DNA of 64,000 nucleotides, taken from NCBI RefSeq assembly GCF_018350175.1, contig NC_058368.1, positions 185,134,001 to 185,198,000 of the forward strand. Reading direction: 5' to 3'. This document shows positions 13,170 to 24,790 of the stretch, piece by piece. The DNA is from Felis catus. Lineage: Eukaryota. How positions within the stretch are numbered: the first letter of the stretch is position 1; each line of letters opens with the position of its first letter. The notes under the pieces were generated by a model. It had not been told where the DNA came from, searched no databases, and saw nothing but the letters and a program-made list of their open reading frames with translations. The position numbers and the translations under genes are program-made.

Positions 13170-13965
13170 TGTATGGAACTGTCATGAATGACTACTGTTT
13201 CTGCCATTCAGAATCCATTAAGCTTTCTTCTGGCAACTGTATATTAATTTTCCTGCGAGGCTACATGTTGTTTTCCTTCTCATTTTGTATGCTTTGCCTG
13301 ACATTGACTCTCTTCCAGTTTAAGGAAATTACTTGAGATTTATACCTAACCATTTGAAGTATCACTTTTCTCTGGCCAAAGTTCAGATATAAATATGTTA
13401 TTCAATAAGAACCAATGATGCAAAACAAAACTTACTTGAGCTGCTAAGGAAAATGTAAATGCACTTTTCCTACTGTATTTCAACCTGGAGGCCTGTGGTC
13501 TGGAACTACTGGCAATTATTTTGCTGCTTGAAATTGAAGCCAGCATTGAGGAAAGCAGAACCAGTAGAAGAAAAGTGTTTGGGTCCTTACATCATTATTT
13601 GAGCCCCTGGATCAAGACATACCTGAAGAAAACATATTCTTGGAATTTACGTTATGTGATTCTAATACTTTCCCTTTTTACAATAAACTCTTTTGTGGGC
13701 GCCTGGGTTGCTCAGTTGGTTGGGCATCCGACTTCAGCTCAGGTCATGATCTCACAGTCTGTGGGTTCGAGCCCTGTGTTGGGCTCTGTGCTGTCAGTCA
13801 GAGCCTGGAGCCTGCTTTGGATTCTGTGTGTGTGTCTCTCTTTCTGCCCCTCCCCCATTCACACTGTCTGTCTCTCAAAAAAATGAATAAACGTTAAAAA
13901 AAGTTTTAAATAAAAAATAGTAAACTCTTTTGTGTTAAATTTCCTGGAAGTCTCATGGCTGATGT
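13170..13965 (+). mobile_element. Old MaLR LTR (MLT1K-like), interrupted by a SINE
   Basis: ATCATTATTTGAGCCCCTGGATCAAGACATACCTGAAG motif, similar to the element at 51635-52135. Confidence 0.5.
13698..13920 (+). mobile_element. CAN-SINE
   Basis: GGGCGCCTGGGTTGCTCAGTTGG head; 14-bp TSD TAAACTCTTTTGTG at 13684 and 13921. Confidence 0.96.
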
Positions 13966-14638
13966 AGTAACTTACTGAACCATGTTGTGGAAATGGAAAA
14001 TTAAATTACTAAAAGCTCTTCATATGGAGGAAACAATTGCATGGAGGGAACTTAGATCTGAAAAGAATAAGGTGCCGCTTTGAGCATTTCAAATGCTCAA
14101 AGTTCTAAGTTTCTAGGAGTTCTAAGGAAGATTTAGCTTGATATTTTCTCCCTTTTTTAGTATATTCTATTCTTGTTACCATGATGATTACTGTAATCAC
14201 ATCAGCATGGTAAAAAAGGTCCTTCCATTAATTATGGAGAAAACAGGAACACTTTGTTATATTTTCTCTAATTATTAAATTTTGTACTGCAAATCCAAAG
14301 TCTTCCTCCAGATGAAGAAAAATGCTGCATTTTATGCAGAATGTTGTCTAGGGACAGTCTATTATAATCTCACTAAGCCTCCATTCTCTAATCTATGCAA
14401 TGGGAAAAATTTCTCCCATCTAACAGAAAAATTGTAAGAATGAAATAAAATGCTATACAGATAGGTGCTTTGTAAACTACAAATGAATGAATAATTGCCC
14501 ATAGCTTTTATTGATGGGAACTACTCAGCAATAAATACATAAATAAATAAATGATGTAATGCCAAATCTTTAATTTGTTTATAGTAAGCTAAAATATATA
14601 ACATGATGTTGACATGGAGATTTACTTTTCTACTTTTT

Positions 14639-14817
14639 TAAGTTTATTTATTCTGAGAGGAGGGGGGGAGGAGCAGAAAGAGAGAGGGAGAGAAAGAATC
14701 CCAAGCAGGCTCTGCACTTTAGTGCAGAGTTGGACGCAGGGCTTCAACCCATGAACCAAGAGATCATGACCTGAGCCAAAGTAGGGTGCTTAACCAACTG
14801 AGCCACCCAAGTGCCCC
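14639..14817 (-). mobile_element. CAN-SINE (older, diverged)
   Basis: Ends GAGCCACCCAAGTGCCCC; degenerate TSD at 14623 and 14818. Confidence 0.93.
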
Positions 14818-14833
14818 TGCTTTTACACTTCTT

Positions 14834-17609
14834 TTTTAACAATTTAAATCGAAATTAGTTAACATATAGTGTAATAATGATTTTAGGAATAGAATATAGT
14901 GATTCCTTACATGTAACACCCAGTGCTCATCCCAACAAGTGCCCTCCTTAATGCCCATCACTCATTTAGCCCATCCCCCCTCCCAACATCCCTCCAGCAA
15001 TCCTCAGTTTGTTCTCTGTATTTAAATTTCTTATAGTTTGTTTTCCTCTCTGTTATTTTATTTTTGCTTCCCTTGCCCTATGTTCATCTGTTTTGTTTCT
15101 TAAATTCCACATATGAGTGAAATCATACGGTATTTTACTTTCTCTGACTTATTTCACTTAGCAGAATACACTCTATTCCATCCATATTATTGCAAATGGC
15201 AAGATTTTATTACTTTTGATCACCAAGTAATATTCCATTGTGTGTATGTGTGTGTGTGTGTGTGTGTGTGCACGCGCGCGCGCGCGTGTGTTGTACCACA
15301 TCTTATTTATTCATTCATCAGTTGATGGATATTTGGGATCTTTCCATAATTTGGCTATTGTTGATAGTGCTGCTATAAATATAGGGATGAATGTGCCTCT
15401 TCGAATCAGCATTTTTATGTCCTTTGGGTAAATGCACAGTAGTGCAATTCCTGATTCATAGATTAGCTCTGTTTTTAAGTTTTTGAGGAAACTCTATACT
15501 GTTTTCCAGAGTGGCTGCACCAGTTTGCATTCCCACCAGCACTGCAAAAGGGTTCCCCTTTCTCTGCATCCTTGCCAACATCTGTTATTTCCTGAGTTAA
15601 TTTTAGCCATTCTGACAGATGGTATTTCATTGTGGTTTTGATTTTTATTTCCATTCTGAGGTGGTATCTCATTGTGGTTTTGATTTGTATTTCCCTGATA
15701 ATAAGTGATGTTGAGCATCTTTTCATGTGTCTGTTAGCCATCAGTGGAACAGTGTCTATTCATGTATTCTTTGGAAAAGTGTCTATTCATGTCTTTTGCC
15801 CATTTCTTCACTGGATTATTTGTTTTTTGGATATTCTTTATAGATTTTGGATACTAACCCTCTATCAGATATGTCATTTGAAAATATATTCTCCCATTCT
15901 TTTGGTTACCTTTTAGCTTTTCCAATTGTTTCCTTTCCTGTGCAGAAGCTTTTTATATTGATGAGGTCCCAATAGCTCATTTTTCCTTTTGTTTCCCTTG
16001 CCTCTGGAGACATGTCAAATAAGAAGTTGCTGTGGCTGAGGTCAAAGAGTTTGTTGCCTGTTTTCTCCTCTAGGATTTTGATGGCTTCCTGTCTTACATT
16101 TAGGTCTTTACATTCATCCTCTCTGAGTTTATTTTTGTTTATGGTGTGAAAAAGTGGTCCAGTTTCATTCTTCTGCATGTCACTGTCCAGTTTTCCTAAC
16201 ACCATTTGCTGCAGAGACTGTCTTTTTTTCCATTGGATACTCTTTCCTGCTTTGTTGAAGATTAGTTGGCCATATATTTGTGGGTCCATTTCTGGGTTCT
16301 CTATTCTGTTCCATTGATCTATGTTTCTGTTTTTGTGCCAGTACCATACTGTCTTGATGATTACAGCTTTGTAATACAGTGTGAAGTTCAGAATTGTGAT
16401 GCCTCCAGCTTTGATTTTCTTTTTCAACCTTGCTTTGTCTGTTCAGGGTCTTTTCTGGTTCCATATAAGTTTTAGTATTGTTTATTCTAGCTTGTGAAGA
16501 ATACTGGTGTTATTTTGATAGGGATTGCATTGAATATGTAGATTGCTTTGGGTAGTATCAACATTTTAACAATATTTGTTCTTCCAATCCATGAGCATGG
16601 AATGTTTTTCCATTTCTTTGGGTCTTCCTCAATTCTGTAACATAAACTTTCTATAGTTTTCAGTGTATAGATCTTTTACCTCTTTGTTTAGGTTTATTCC
16701 TAGATATTTTATGGTTTTCGGTGCAATTGTAAATGGGATCAATTCCTTGATTTCTCTTTCTGCTGTTTCATTATTGGTGTATAGGAATGCAACTGATTTC
16801 TGTGCGTTGATTTTATATCCTATGGCTTTACTGAATTAATGTAACAGTTTTACCATCTTCTTGGTGGAGTCTTTTGGGTTTTCTATATAGGGTATCATGT
16901 TATCTGCAAAGAGTGAAAGTTTGCTTCCTCCTTGCTGATTTTGATGACTTTGATTTGTTTTTGTTGTCTGATTGCTGAGGCTAGGGCTTCCAACATTATG
17001 ATGAATAATAGTGGTGAGAGTGGGCATCTCTGTCATGTTCCTGACCTTAAGGGGAAAAGTCTCAGTTTTTTTGCATTCAGGATGATATTAGTGGTGGATC
17101 TTTCATAGATAAACTTTATGATCTTGAGGCATGTTCCTTCTATCCCTACTTTCTTGAGGGTTTTTATCCAGAAAGGATGCTGTATTTTGTCAGATCCTTT
17201 TTCTACATCTCTTGAGAAGACCATGTGGTTCTTATCCTTTATTTTATTAATGTGATGTATCACATTGATTGATTTGCAGATATTGAACCAGCCCTGCATC
17301 CCAGGAATAAATCCCACTTGGTCGTGGTGAATAATTCTTTTAATGTATTGTTGGATCCAGTTTGGCTAGTATCTTGTTGAGAATTTTTGCATCTGTGTTC
17401 ATCAGGGAAATTGGTTTGTAGTTTTCTCTTTTAGTGGAGTGTTTATCCAGTTTTGGAATCAATGCTGGGCTTGTAGAATGAGTTGGAAGTTTTATTTCAA
17501 TTTCTGTTTTTTGGAACAACTTCAAAAGAATAGGTGTTTGCTCTTATTTAAATGTTTGGTAGAATTCCTCTGAAAAGCCGTCTGGCCCTGGATTCTTGTT
17601 TGTTGGGAG
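14834..17609 (-). mobile_element. 5'-truncated carnivore/felid L1 (ORF2 RT to C-terminus plus 3' UTR), frameshifted
   Basis: ORF2 peptides [32 protein letters not shown] (degenerate FADD), YYKAVIIKTVWYWHKNR and [34 protein letters not shown](AC/CG)ACTTCTT at 14818 and 17610. Confidence 0.97.
15239..15291 (+). repeat. (TG)n-CA-(CG)7-(TG) alternating purine-pyrimidine tract
   Basis: Directly visible within the L1 3' region. Confidence 0.95.
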
Positions 17610-17812
17610 TGCTTTTCGACTTCTTAAGTAAAATAATGTATTAAAGTTGTTAAGGCCTCCATGGCCTATTTAGTATTTTTTTTTTTAACTGAGCTTATTT
17701 GTAGTCAAATGGATGAGTCTCTGTTCCTAGAGATTAATACCTTGGAGACTAGGAGCAGACATCATGCAGAGTTCCTTTCTGGTACTCCTCTTCACTATTG
17801 TTATAGCTTCTT

Positions 17813-17853
17813 ATTTTTTTCTTTTAATTTTGTTTGTTTATTTATTTATTTAT

Positions 17854-17902
<49 letters not shown>

Positions 17903-18069
17903 ACCAAGCAGGGGAGGAACGGAAAGAGAAGGAGAGAGAGAATACCAAGCAGGCTCTGCACTGTCAGTGCAGAGCCCAATGCAGGGCTCAAACTCATGAA
18001 CCATGAGATCATGACCTGAGCTGAAATCAAGAGTCTGTGGCTCAACCGACTGAGCTACCCAGGAGATCC
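17813..18069 (-). mobile_element. CAN-SINE with expanded (GA)n
   Basis: CAAGCAGGCTCTGCACTGTCAGTGCAGAGCCC...GAGATCATGACCTGAGCTGAAATCAAGAGTC. Confidence 0.93.
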
Positions 18070-18512
18070 TGTTGTTATGTCTCTTGATGCTTCAATTACT
18101 GTATTTATCTCAGGATGCTGAAGCAATCAATATGTCAAGTGCTCCTTCTAAACTGAGAACTCCTTGAGACCAGGGATTATATCTCTTTTAGCAATCTATC
18201 AGTGCGAAGCAACTCACAGTGATTGACAGATTGCTAGTACTAGATCAATGTTTGTTGAATTTAAATTGAGACTATCCATTGCTTGATCCTTATGTTTCTT
18301 CCAACAGATTTAATGTTCTTTCCTTTAGTTTTGGAAAATTAGCAGTAATTTTTCTACCTAATTTATATTGATGGAGGAAGTCTTGGTTATTAGATCCAGC
18401 TTCTAGGGCTTTATCTTGACCAAATCAGAAAGATAGATATCAGATAGATCTATTGGTAATGATTCAAAATACTTTTATTCAAAAAAGAAATGTATGCGTG
18501 GTTGAAATGTCC

Positions 18513-18744
18513 TTTTAAATTTTTTTTTAATTTTTTTTTAATGTTTATTTATTATTGAGAGACAGAGAGAGACAGAGTATGAGCAGGGGAGAGGCAGAAA
18601 GAGGGGGAGACACAGAATCCGAAGCAGGCTCCAGGCTCTGAGCTGTTAGCACATAGCCTGACGTGGGGCTCGAACTCACAAACCGTGAGATCATGACCCA
18701 AGCCAAAGTTGGACACTCAACCAACTGAGCCACCCAGGTGCCCC
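18513..18744 (-). mobile_element. CAN-SINE (first of a head-to-tail pair)
   Basis: GACACAGAATCCGAAGCAGGCTCCAGGCTCTGAGC...GCCACCCAGGTGCCCC. Confidence 0.95.
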
Positions 18745-18749
18745 TAAAA

Positions 18750-18769
18750 TTTTTCAATGTTTATTTATT

Positions 18770-18804
<35 letters not shown>

Positions 18805-18972
18805 GGGTGAGCAGGGGAGGGACAGAGAGAGAGAGACCCACAGAATCTGAGGCAGGCTCCAGGCTCTGAGATGTCAGCGCAGAGCCCTACACAGGGCTCA
18901 AACTCACCAACCATGAGATCATGACCTGAGCTGAGGTCAGAGGCCCAACCAGCTGAGCCACTCAGATGCCCC
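18750..18972 (-). mobile_element. CAN-SINE (second of a head-to-tail pair)
   Basis: Same consensus; directly abuts the previous copy. Confidence 0.95.
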
Positions 18973-19789
18973 AATTGAAATTTTCAATAATTTAGAATTA
19001 TTTAAAAATTTATTAGTAAGTAGAGTGTAAAAACTATTAACTTTCCTCTTAATCATCTCCCAATCTCCTCCTTTTCCCAGTGAGAACACCTATCATGTTT
19101 GGTACATATCTTTCCATATATTTTTCTTTGCATTTGGAATCACATGTGTGCACATGTATGCACAAATACACTCTATCTATATGAAAAATATTTCCATAAA
19201 CAAAATCATACTATGAAGATTTTCTGGAATTTCCCCTTCTTTTCAATGAGTATACCTGGAACCACTTTGCAAATCAGCATATAGAAGTTGTTTCATGATT
19301 TAAAATGGTTGTATTGCATCACTAGCATACTATAATCTTAAATAATGTGTGCTTTTCCCTGTTGATAAAATTTGTTTTTGTTTTTAACTGTAAAAAAGAA
19401 GGCAATAATAATTTTGAACATGTTTCTTTGAATATGTCAGGATTCTGTAGCATAGATTCACAGAAGTGGAATCACTGAGTGAAAAGATATGCACACCTAA
19501 AATAGATGCCAAATTACCCTCTAAAATGGTTGCACCAATTTATGCTATTAGCATGAAAGTATTTCTTTTCATGCATTGGCAGCAATGGATATTATTTATG
19601 TTTATATATATATTTTTACCAGCTACGGTGTGCAAAATGTTATCCCCTTGTTATTTTATTTACTTTTACCTAATTACCAGTGAAATTTTCTTGAAGAATG
19701 AAATCTCTTCTAATGTTCTCAACAAAGTTTACATTCTGTGGTATTTCTGTTAACATTTGAATCATTATTTTAAAAATCAAGACATTATA

Positions 19790-20172
19790 AAAAAGAAGAA
19801 TGACATCTTGCCACGTGCAATGATCTGGATGGAGCTAGAGAATATTTTGCTAAGTGAAATAAGTCGGTCAGAGAACGACAAATACCACATGATTTCACTC
19901 ATATGTGGAATTTAAGAAACAAAACAGATGAACATAGTGGGAGCAAAAAAGAGGCAAACCAGGAAACAGACTCTTAACTATGGAGAACAAACTGCAGGCT
20001 ACTGGAGGAGCAGTGGTCAGGGGGATGGGCTAAATAGATGATGGGGATTAAGGAGGGCACTTGTGATGAACACTGGGTGTTGTATGTAAGTGATGAATCA
20101 CTAAATTCTACACCTGAAACTAATATTACACTGTGTGTTAACTAACTGGAATTTAAATAAAAACTTGAAGAA
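19790..20172 (+). mobile_element. Carnivore L1 3' end
   Basis: GCTAAGTGAAATAAGTCGGTCAGAGAACGACAAATACCAC...GATGAATCACTAAATTCTACACCTGAAACTAATATTAC...AATAAA; degenerate TSD AAAAATCAAGACATTA / AAAAATCCAGGCCTTA. Confidence 0.92.
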
Positions 20173-20291
20173 AAAAAATCCAGGCCTTACGAAATTGCAT
20201 ATTTTTCTAGTAGGGGATGTATGAATAGTGACTCTTTAGTTGTTTTAACTGTTGAATTATTTGACTGTAACTCACTTGAAAAGCTAAAAAA

Positions 20292-20497
20292 GTGGCGCCT
20301 GGATGGTTCAGTTGATTAAGCGACTGACTTCAGTTCAGGTCATGATTTCATGGTCTGTGGATTCAAGCCCCATGTCGGGCTCTGTGCTGATGGCTTAGAG
20401 CCTGGAGCTTGTTTTGGATTCTGTGTCTCCCTCTCTCTCTGCCCCTCTCTTGCTCACACTCTGTCTCTCTCTCAAAAATAAATAAACATTAAAAAAA
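20292..20497 (+). mobile_element. CAN-SINE
   Basis: GGCGCCTGGATGGTTCAG head; TSD GA(A/G)AAGCTAAAA. Confidence 0.95.
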
Positions 20498-20680
20498 TGA
20501 GAGAAGCTAAAAGATATTCCCAAGCACTTTCTCCATTTTCAAGCCAATTTCCATCTTCTGGACATTCTGTCCACTCAGACTCTGCTCATTCTGCTCACTG
20601 GTTGTCCATTATGGTGTGGTGCATTTAAAGCAAGGTGGTTCTTTTGCTAGAAAAGAACTGTTTTGAGGTTCTTAATTCTT

Positions 20681-20909
20681 TTTTTTTTAAATAATTAAAA
20701 AAAATTTTTTTAACGTTTATTTATTTTTGAGAGAGAGACACAGAATGAATGGGGGAGGGGCAGAGAGAGAGGGAGACACAGAATCGGAAGCAAGATCCAG
20801 GCTCCGAGCCATCAGCCCAGAGTCCGACGCGGGGCTCAACCCACGGACCGCGAGATCGTGACCTGAGCTGAAGTCGGATGCTCAACCGACTGAGCCACCC
20901 AGGTGCCCC
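20681..20909 (-). mobile_element. CAN-SINE, young felid subfamily
   Basis: CpG-rich; perfect 15-bp TSD AGGTTCTTAATTCTT at 20666 and 20911. Confidence 0.97.
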
Positions 20910-21082
20910 AAGGTTCTTAATTCTTAATTGTTAATTCTTTAAGCCTGGTTCTTTTAGTATTTTGAACATATTTATAATAGCAGTTTGGTAATCTTTCTCT
21001 GCCAAAGCCACTATCTGGAAACCCTCAGAAACAGTTCCAATTGTCTGATTTTTTTCTTCCCCCAGTAGGAATAAAACTTTCC

Positions 21083-21102
21083 TTTTTTTTAATGTTTATT
21101 TA

Positions 21103-21154
<52 letters not shown>

Positions 21155-21286
21155 GGGGAGGGGCAGAGAGGGAAAGAGAATTCCAAGCAGGACCCACACT
21201 CAGCATGAAGTCTGACGTGCAACTGTGAGATCATGAGCTGAAATCAACAGTCGGACGCTTAACCCACTGAACTGCCCAGGCACCCC
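21083..21286 (-). mobile_element. CAN-SINE with long (GA)n and internal deletions
   Basis: GAGATCATGAGCTGAAATCAACAGTCGGACGCTTAAC...CCCAGGCACCCC. Confidence 0.9.
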
Positions 21287-21597
21287 TCCTATTTCTCTTT
21301 ATATCTAACTTTTTTGTTGTTAAAAACTGGACATTTTTGATGTATTGTAAAAATTCTGGATTCTGATTTATTCCTTTCTGGGTTTTGTTGCCTCTATGTT
21401 GTTTCCTTGTTTAGTAAGTTGCCTGGACTAATTCTGTGAAGTCTATCTCTCCTTTGATGTGTAGCCACTGATGTCTCTTCAGTGTTTTTGTTGTTTTTTC
21501 TTAATTCTTGCTTTTATTTAAAAATCTGGTTTCTTAGAGGTCATCCTTGAGTCAACATGGCTTGGTTTTCAGCCAATGATTGGTCAGAGGTTGTGTT

Positions 21598-22114
21598 TAT
21601 AGGGGAGGAAGAAAAATTTTTCCTCCATTCATCTTAGGTTCTTGGCTGAGGTTCTGTAATAAAAGATTAGCAAGACAAAATCAAGCAGAAGCTTGTTAAC
21701 ATGTGTGTATATGAGGAACTCAAGGAAGAGTAACTCAAAGAGGTGGCTTAGAATTCAGGTTTATATAGCATATTCAACAAAGAACAATATATTCATAAAG
21801 AAATGACAAGACAAAGGAAAGCCATTTTAGGCCTCTGAGAGCAGCAAACCATTGGAAGGTAAAATATATGAAAAACTACCGGTAGATAAAGGCTACCAGG
21901 CTGATAAGATCTATAGTTGTGTCCAGTGATTAACTTTTGTCCTTCTTGTTGGAAAGGACAGGAGAGACACCTTCAAAACTTTATGTCCTGCTTTTAGCCA
22001 AATAAGGAGAAGGCAGGGAGCTTTTCTTATATCTGCTTCTCAAATGCCTTCAGCTCAAAATAATCCTTGTGTTAAAGTAGCATATTTTGGTGTGACATAT
22101 TTTGATTTACTTCA
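21598..22114. mobile_element. ERV1 solo LTR (MER34/MER39-like)
   Basis: T(A)TAGGGG...TTCA termini with a perfect 4-bp TSD TGTT at 21594 and 22115; a 4-bp TSD is typical of class I ERVs. Confidence 0.8.
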
Positions 22115-23539
22115 TGTTCAAACATCACAAGCCAGTAACATTTCCACTCTTTGTCAAAGGATATATGTGTGGTTTGGGGAATTCATTCAATGTTCCATCA
22201 ATTTACAAGTCTTTCCTGACTTGCTACTTAGCCCTCTTGTTTCATCTCTACCTGTGTATGTGGCCTCATGATCAGCCAGGGGTGTGTGAATTACTACCTA
22301 GTCTCACCATGTACTAATGTGCAGCTTCTCAGACTACGGGGGATATGTAACCTCTTCAAGGCCTAATATGTATATCTCATTCTCTGGATCTCCTTGTTAA
22401 ATTTCTAGCTAGTCTGCCAGTTTGTTACTAGATCCAACCATTATCACCTTAGGCCATTTACGACCTTGGTCTTCTCCATTCTTTTAACATCAAGATGGCT
22501 ACTCTTTCTGACAGTGCCCAGGAGCATGGGCTTTTTCTGACCTTTCCTCCAAGTCAAGACATTCCTCTCAGGCAATAAAATTGCTGTTTTTCACAGCTCA
22601 CCCCACCTCAGTAGAGCTGGAAACTGATGGTGCTGGTTGGGGGTTGGTAATAGCTCCAGGCCAAAACACCACAGACTCCCCCTATTATTACCAAAAACTC
22701 AGGATTTTTTTTTTCTTGAATAGACATTTCACAGTTTGTTGTATGCCTTTGGTCCATTTACAATGAAATTGTACCTTTGGCCCATTTCAAAATTCTGAGA
22801 TGTTAGCTTTTGATAATTTCATTCAGTTTTATCATTGCTTTATGAGAAGATCTGCTGAGCACCTTACTCTAGCATTCCAAACATCTTGTTCAAGACACTT
22901 AGCAGTTGTTCTCAGGGCCATAAAGATAAGGTTGCAGAGGCTGTTTATTTCTATTTTTTGAAAATTTGTGTAATTAAATACAACTGGTTTGTTGATTTAT
23001 CTGGGCACTTGGCACTTATTGCCTACTAATAATCATCTCTTTGTTTAGAATTTTCTTGTAATTACTCAAAACAGTTGCAGGGTATGATGACATTTTATTT
23101 TTTTAACATTTTCCTTATCAACTGCTAATTGAGTAACCTTACACTGGTTAATAAAGTGTATGTTTTCATTAAATTCTAGTATTTATTTAGTTCTCTTTCT
23201 GACTTGCACCTCCCTGATTCTTCACTTCATAGATAGCAATGTGCTGCTTTTGTGGCACATGGAGATTATTAAGTGACAATTCTCTGAGACTCTCTTTCCC
23301 TTTCTGCTCTTCCATTCATCCCTGTGATTAAAGGCTTTGCAAAGTCTCCCTTCTCAAGGACATTTTTTCAACCAGTTTCAGGACCCCATTTAGATCATTT
23401 GTGTTCAGTCTTGCCTCTTACATTTTTCTTTTTTTTTTTCTTATTTATAGTTTTCTCCCTTTGTAGTTGAGAGACATACTACTGCCTTAAACAGTAACTT
23501 TTAAACCTTTAAAAATCTCTAAGTTAAGTGGAATGGTAG

Positions 23540-23660
23540 AATATAAGTTCAGGCCTAGAAAATATAGATTTGGTTCTGATTCTCTTCATCTGTGAAATTA
23601 AGAAGTTGGGCTAGTTCAGTTCTAAGATTACCTCTGGCTCCATAGCGCTGTGATTCTGTG
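23540..23660 (+). mobile_element. MIR3/MIRc fragment
   Basis: CTTCATCTGTGAAATT...GTTGGGCTAG...TCTAAG...TGTGATTCTGTG. Confidence 0.55.
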
Positions 23661-23894
23661 GATTTGAATTCCCATCTTAACTCTGAAATATGCCTATTTA
23701 ATAGATTTGGTCTTACACATTAAAACCCAATTAACATATATGTACAACAAATAAGAAAAATAGGTATGTGTTAATTAATTGCTCATTTAATAAATTTGTC
23801 CTGGGAGGGTGAGATAAAATTTAAAGATTGAAATAAACCTTCTTCCTTTTCATGACATGTTCTCAAACACAAACTGTCTTCTGGAGGTGATTTG

Positions 23895-24020
23895 GGCCCA
23901 GCAGCTCCCTCTTTCATAGATGAGGAAAGCATTGAAAAGTTAATAGACTGGCAAGCAAGGTCACAGAGGAGGTTAGTGTGAGAGCCAGAAATGTGATTTC
24001 TAACTCTAAATAGCCTTCCA
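23895..24020 (-). mobile_element. MIR core fragment
   Basis: ATAGATGAGGAAAGC...AAGGTCACAGAGGAGGTTAGTG. Confidence 0.65.
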
Positions 24021-24449
24021 CTCCCTGCTCATCCATAAGCCTTTGCTGCTGCCTTCTCCTTCTTCTGTTTTTAGAAACACATTTAGACCATTTTGAGTTG
24101 TGCTAATTATTCAGTGTGTATTAAATATCCATGTGAATTTGGAGACTGAAACAATTTGCCGTGTATTTATTGCATCTACACACTCTGAGCACATGCTTGG
24201 CTTGTAAATGAGTCACTATATTACTTCACCATATAACAATACATTGATACTTATATTAAATAGTTGTTATTTTACAAGTTTATGTTAATTTTTATTTGAA
24301 ATATTTCAAAGCAAATATGGCCATTTATTTACTCCCTGTTAGAGAAAGTGCACTTTATTTTTATTATTTCTTTTCAACTCTCTATTTCCTTTTGGTTGAG
24401 ATTAGAATTAATCTTGGCTCCTTTGCCTCCCCCAAATAATAAAAAATGT

Positions 24450-24665
24450 CTTTTACTGAATGTCTACTATCTAAATGGCCCTATGCTAAATACTTTACAA
24501 AGAGGGATCTAATTCTTGAAATAATCCTGCAAACTAGAACTTGCTTTGCAGGTGGGAAGACTGGCTTAGAGAGATGAGTAACGTAGGGACCTACTGCTAG
24601 TAGGTGGTATGAATGGTTTTCAAAGACAGAACTCTGACTCTAAAACTTGCATCCTTTTCATTACC
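24450..24665 (-). mobile_element. MIR fragment
   Basis: TTTACTGAATGTCTACTAT...GCAGGTGGGAAGACTGGCTTAGAGAG...TCTGACTCTAAA. Confidence 0.6.
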
Positions 24666-24728
24666 TGACATATATCTTCCCTGCCTACCACTCCTTTGGG
24701 TTCCTTTAAGGCATATTTGTGGATGTTG

Positions 24729-24790
24729 GTTATTTTATTTTATTTTATTTTATTTTATTTTATTTTATTTTATTTTATTTTATTTATTTT
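24729..24790 (+). repeat. (TTTTA)n pentanucleotide repeat
   Basis: About 11 visible units. Confidence 0.97.

Larger units (their letters stand above)
20930..22880 (-). mobile_element. Old L1M 5'-region fragment (L1MC-like), interrupted by a SINE and an LTR
   Basis: TTTTGAACATATTTATAATAGC, AAAACTGGACATTTT and CAGCCAATGATTGGTCAGAGGTTGTG motifs recalled from L1MC 5' regions. Confidence 0.55.

Noticed and set aside
15475..17525. ORFs with reverse-transcriptase-like peptides as a functional gene or novel RT system
   Set aside because: They are frameshifted fragments of ordinary L1 ORF2, 5'-truncated, with the FADD motif mutated to FADN.
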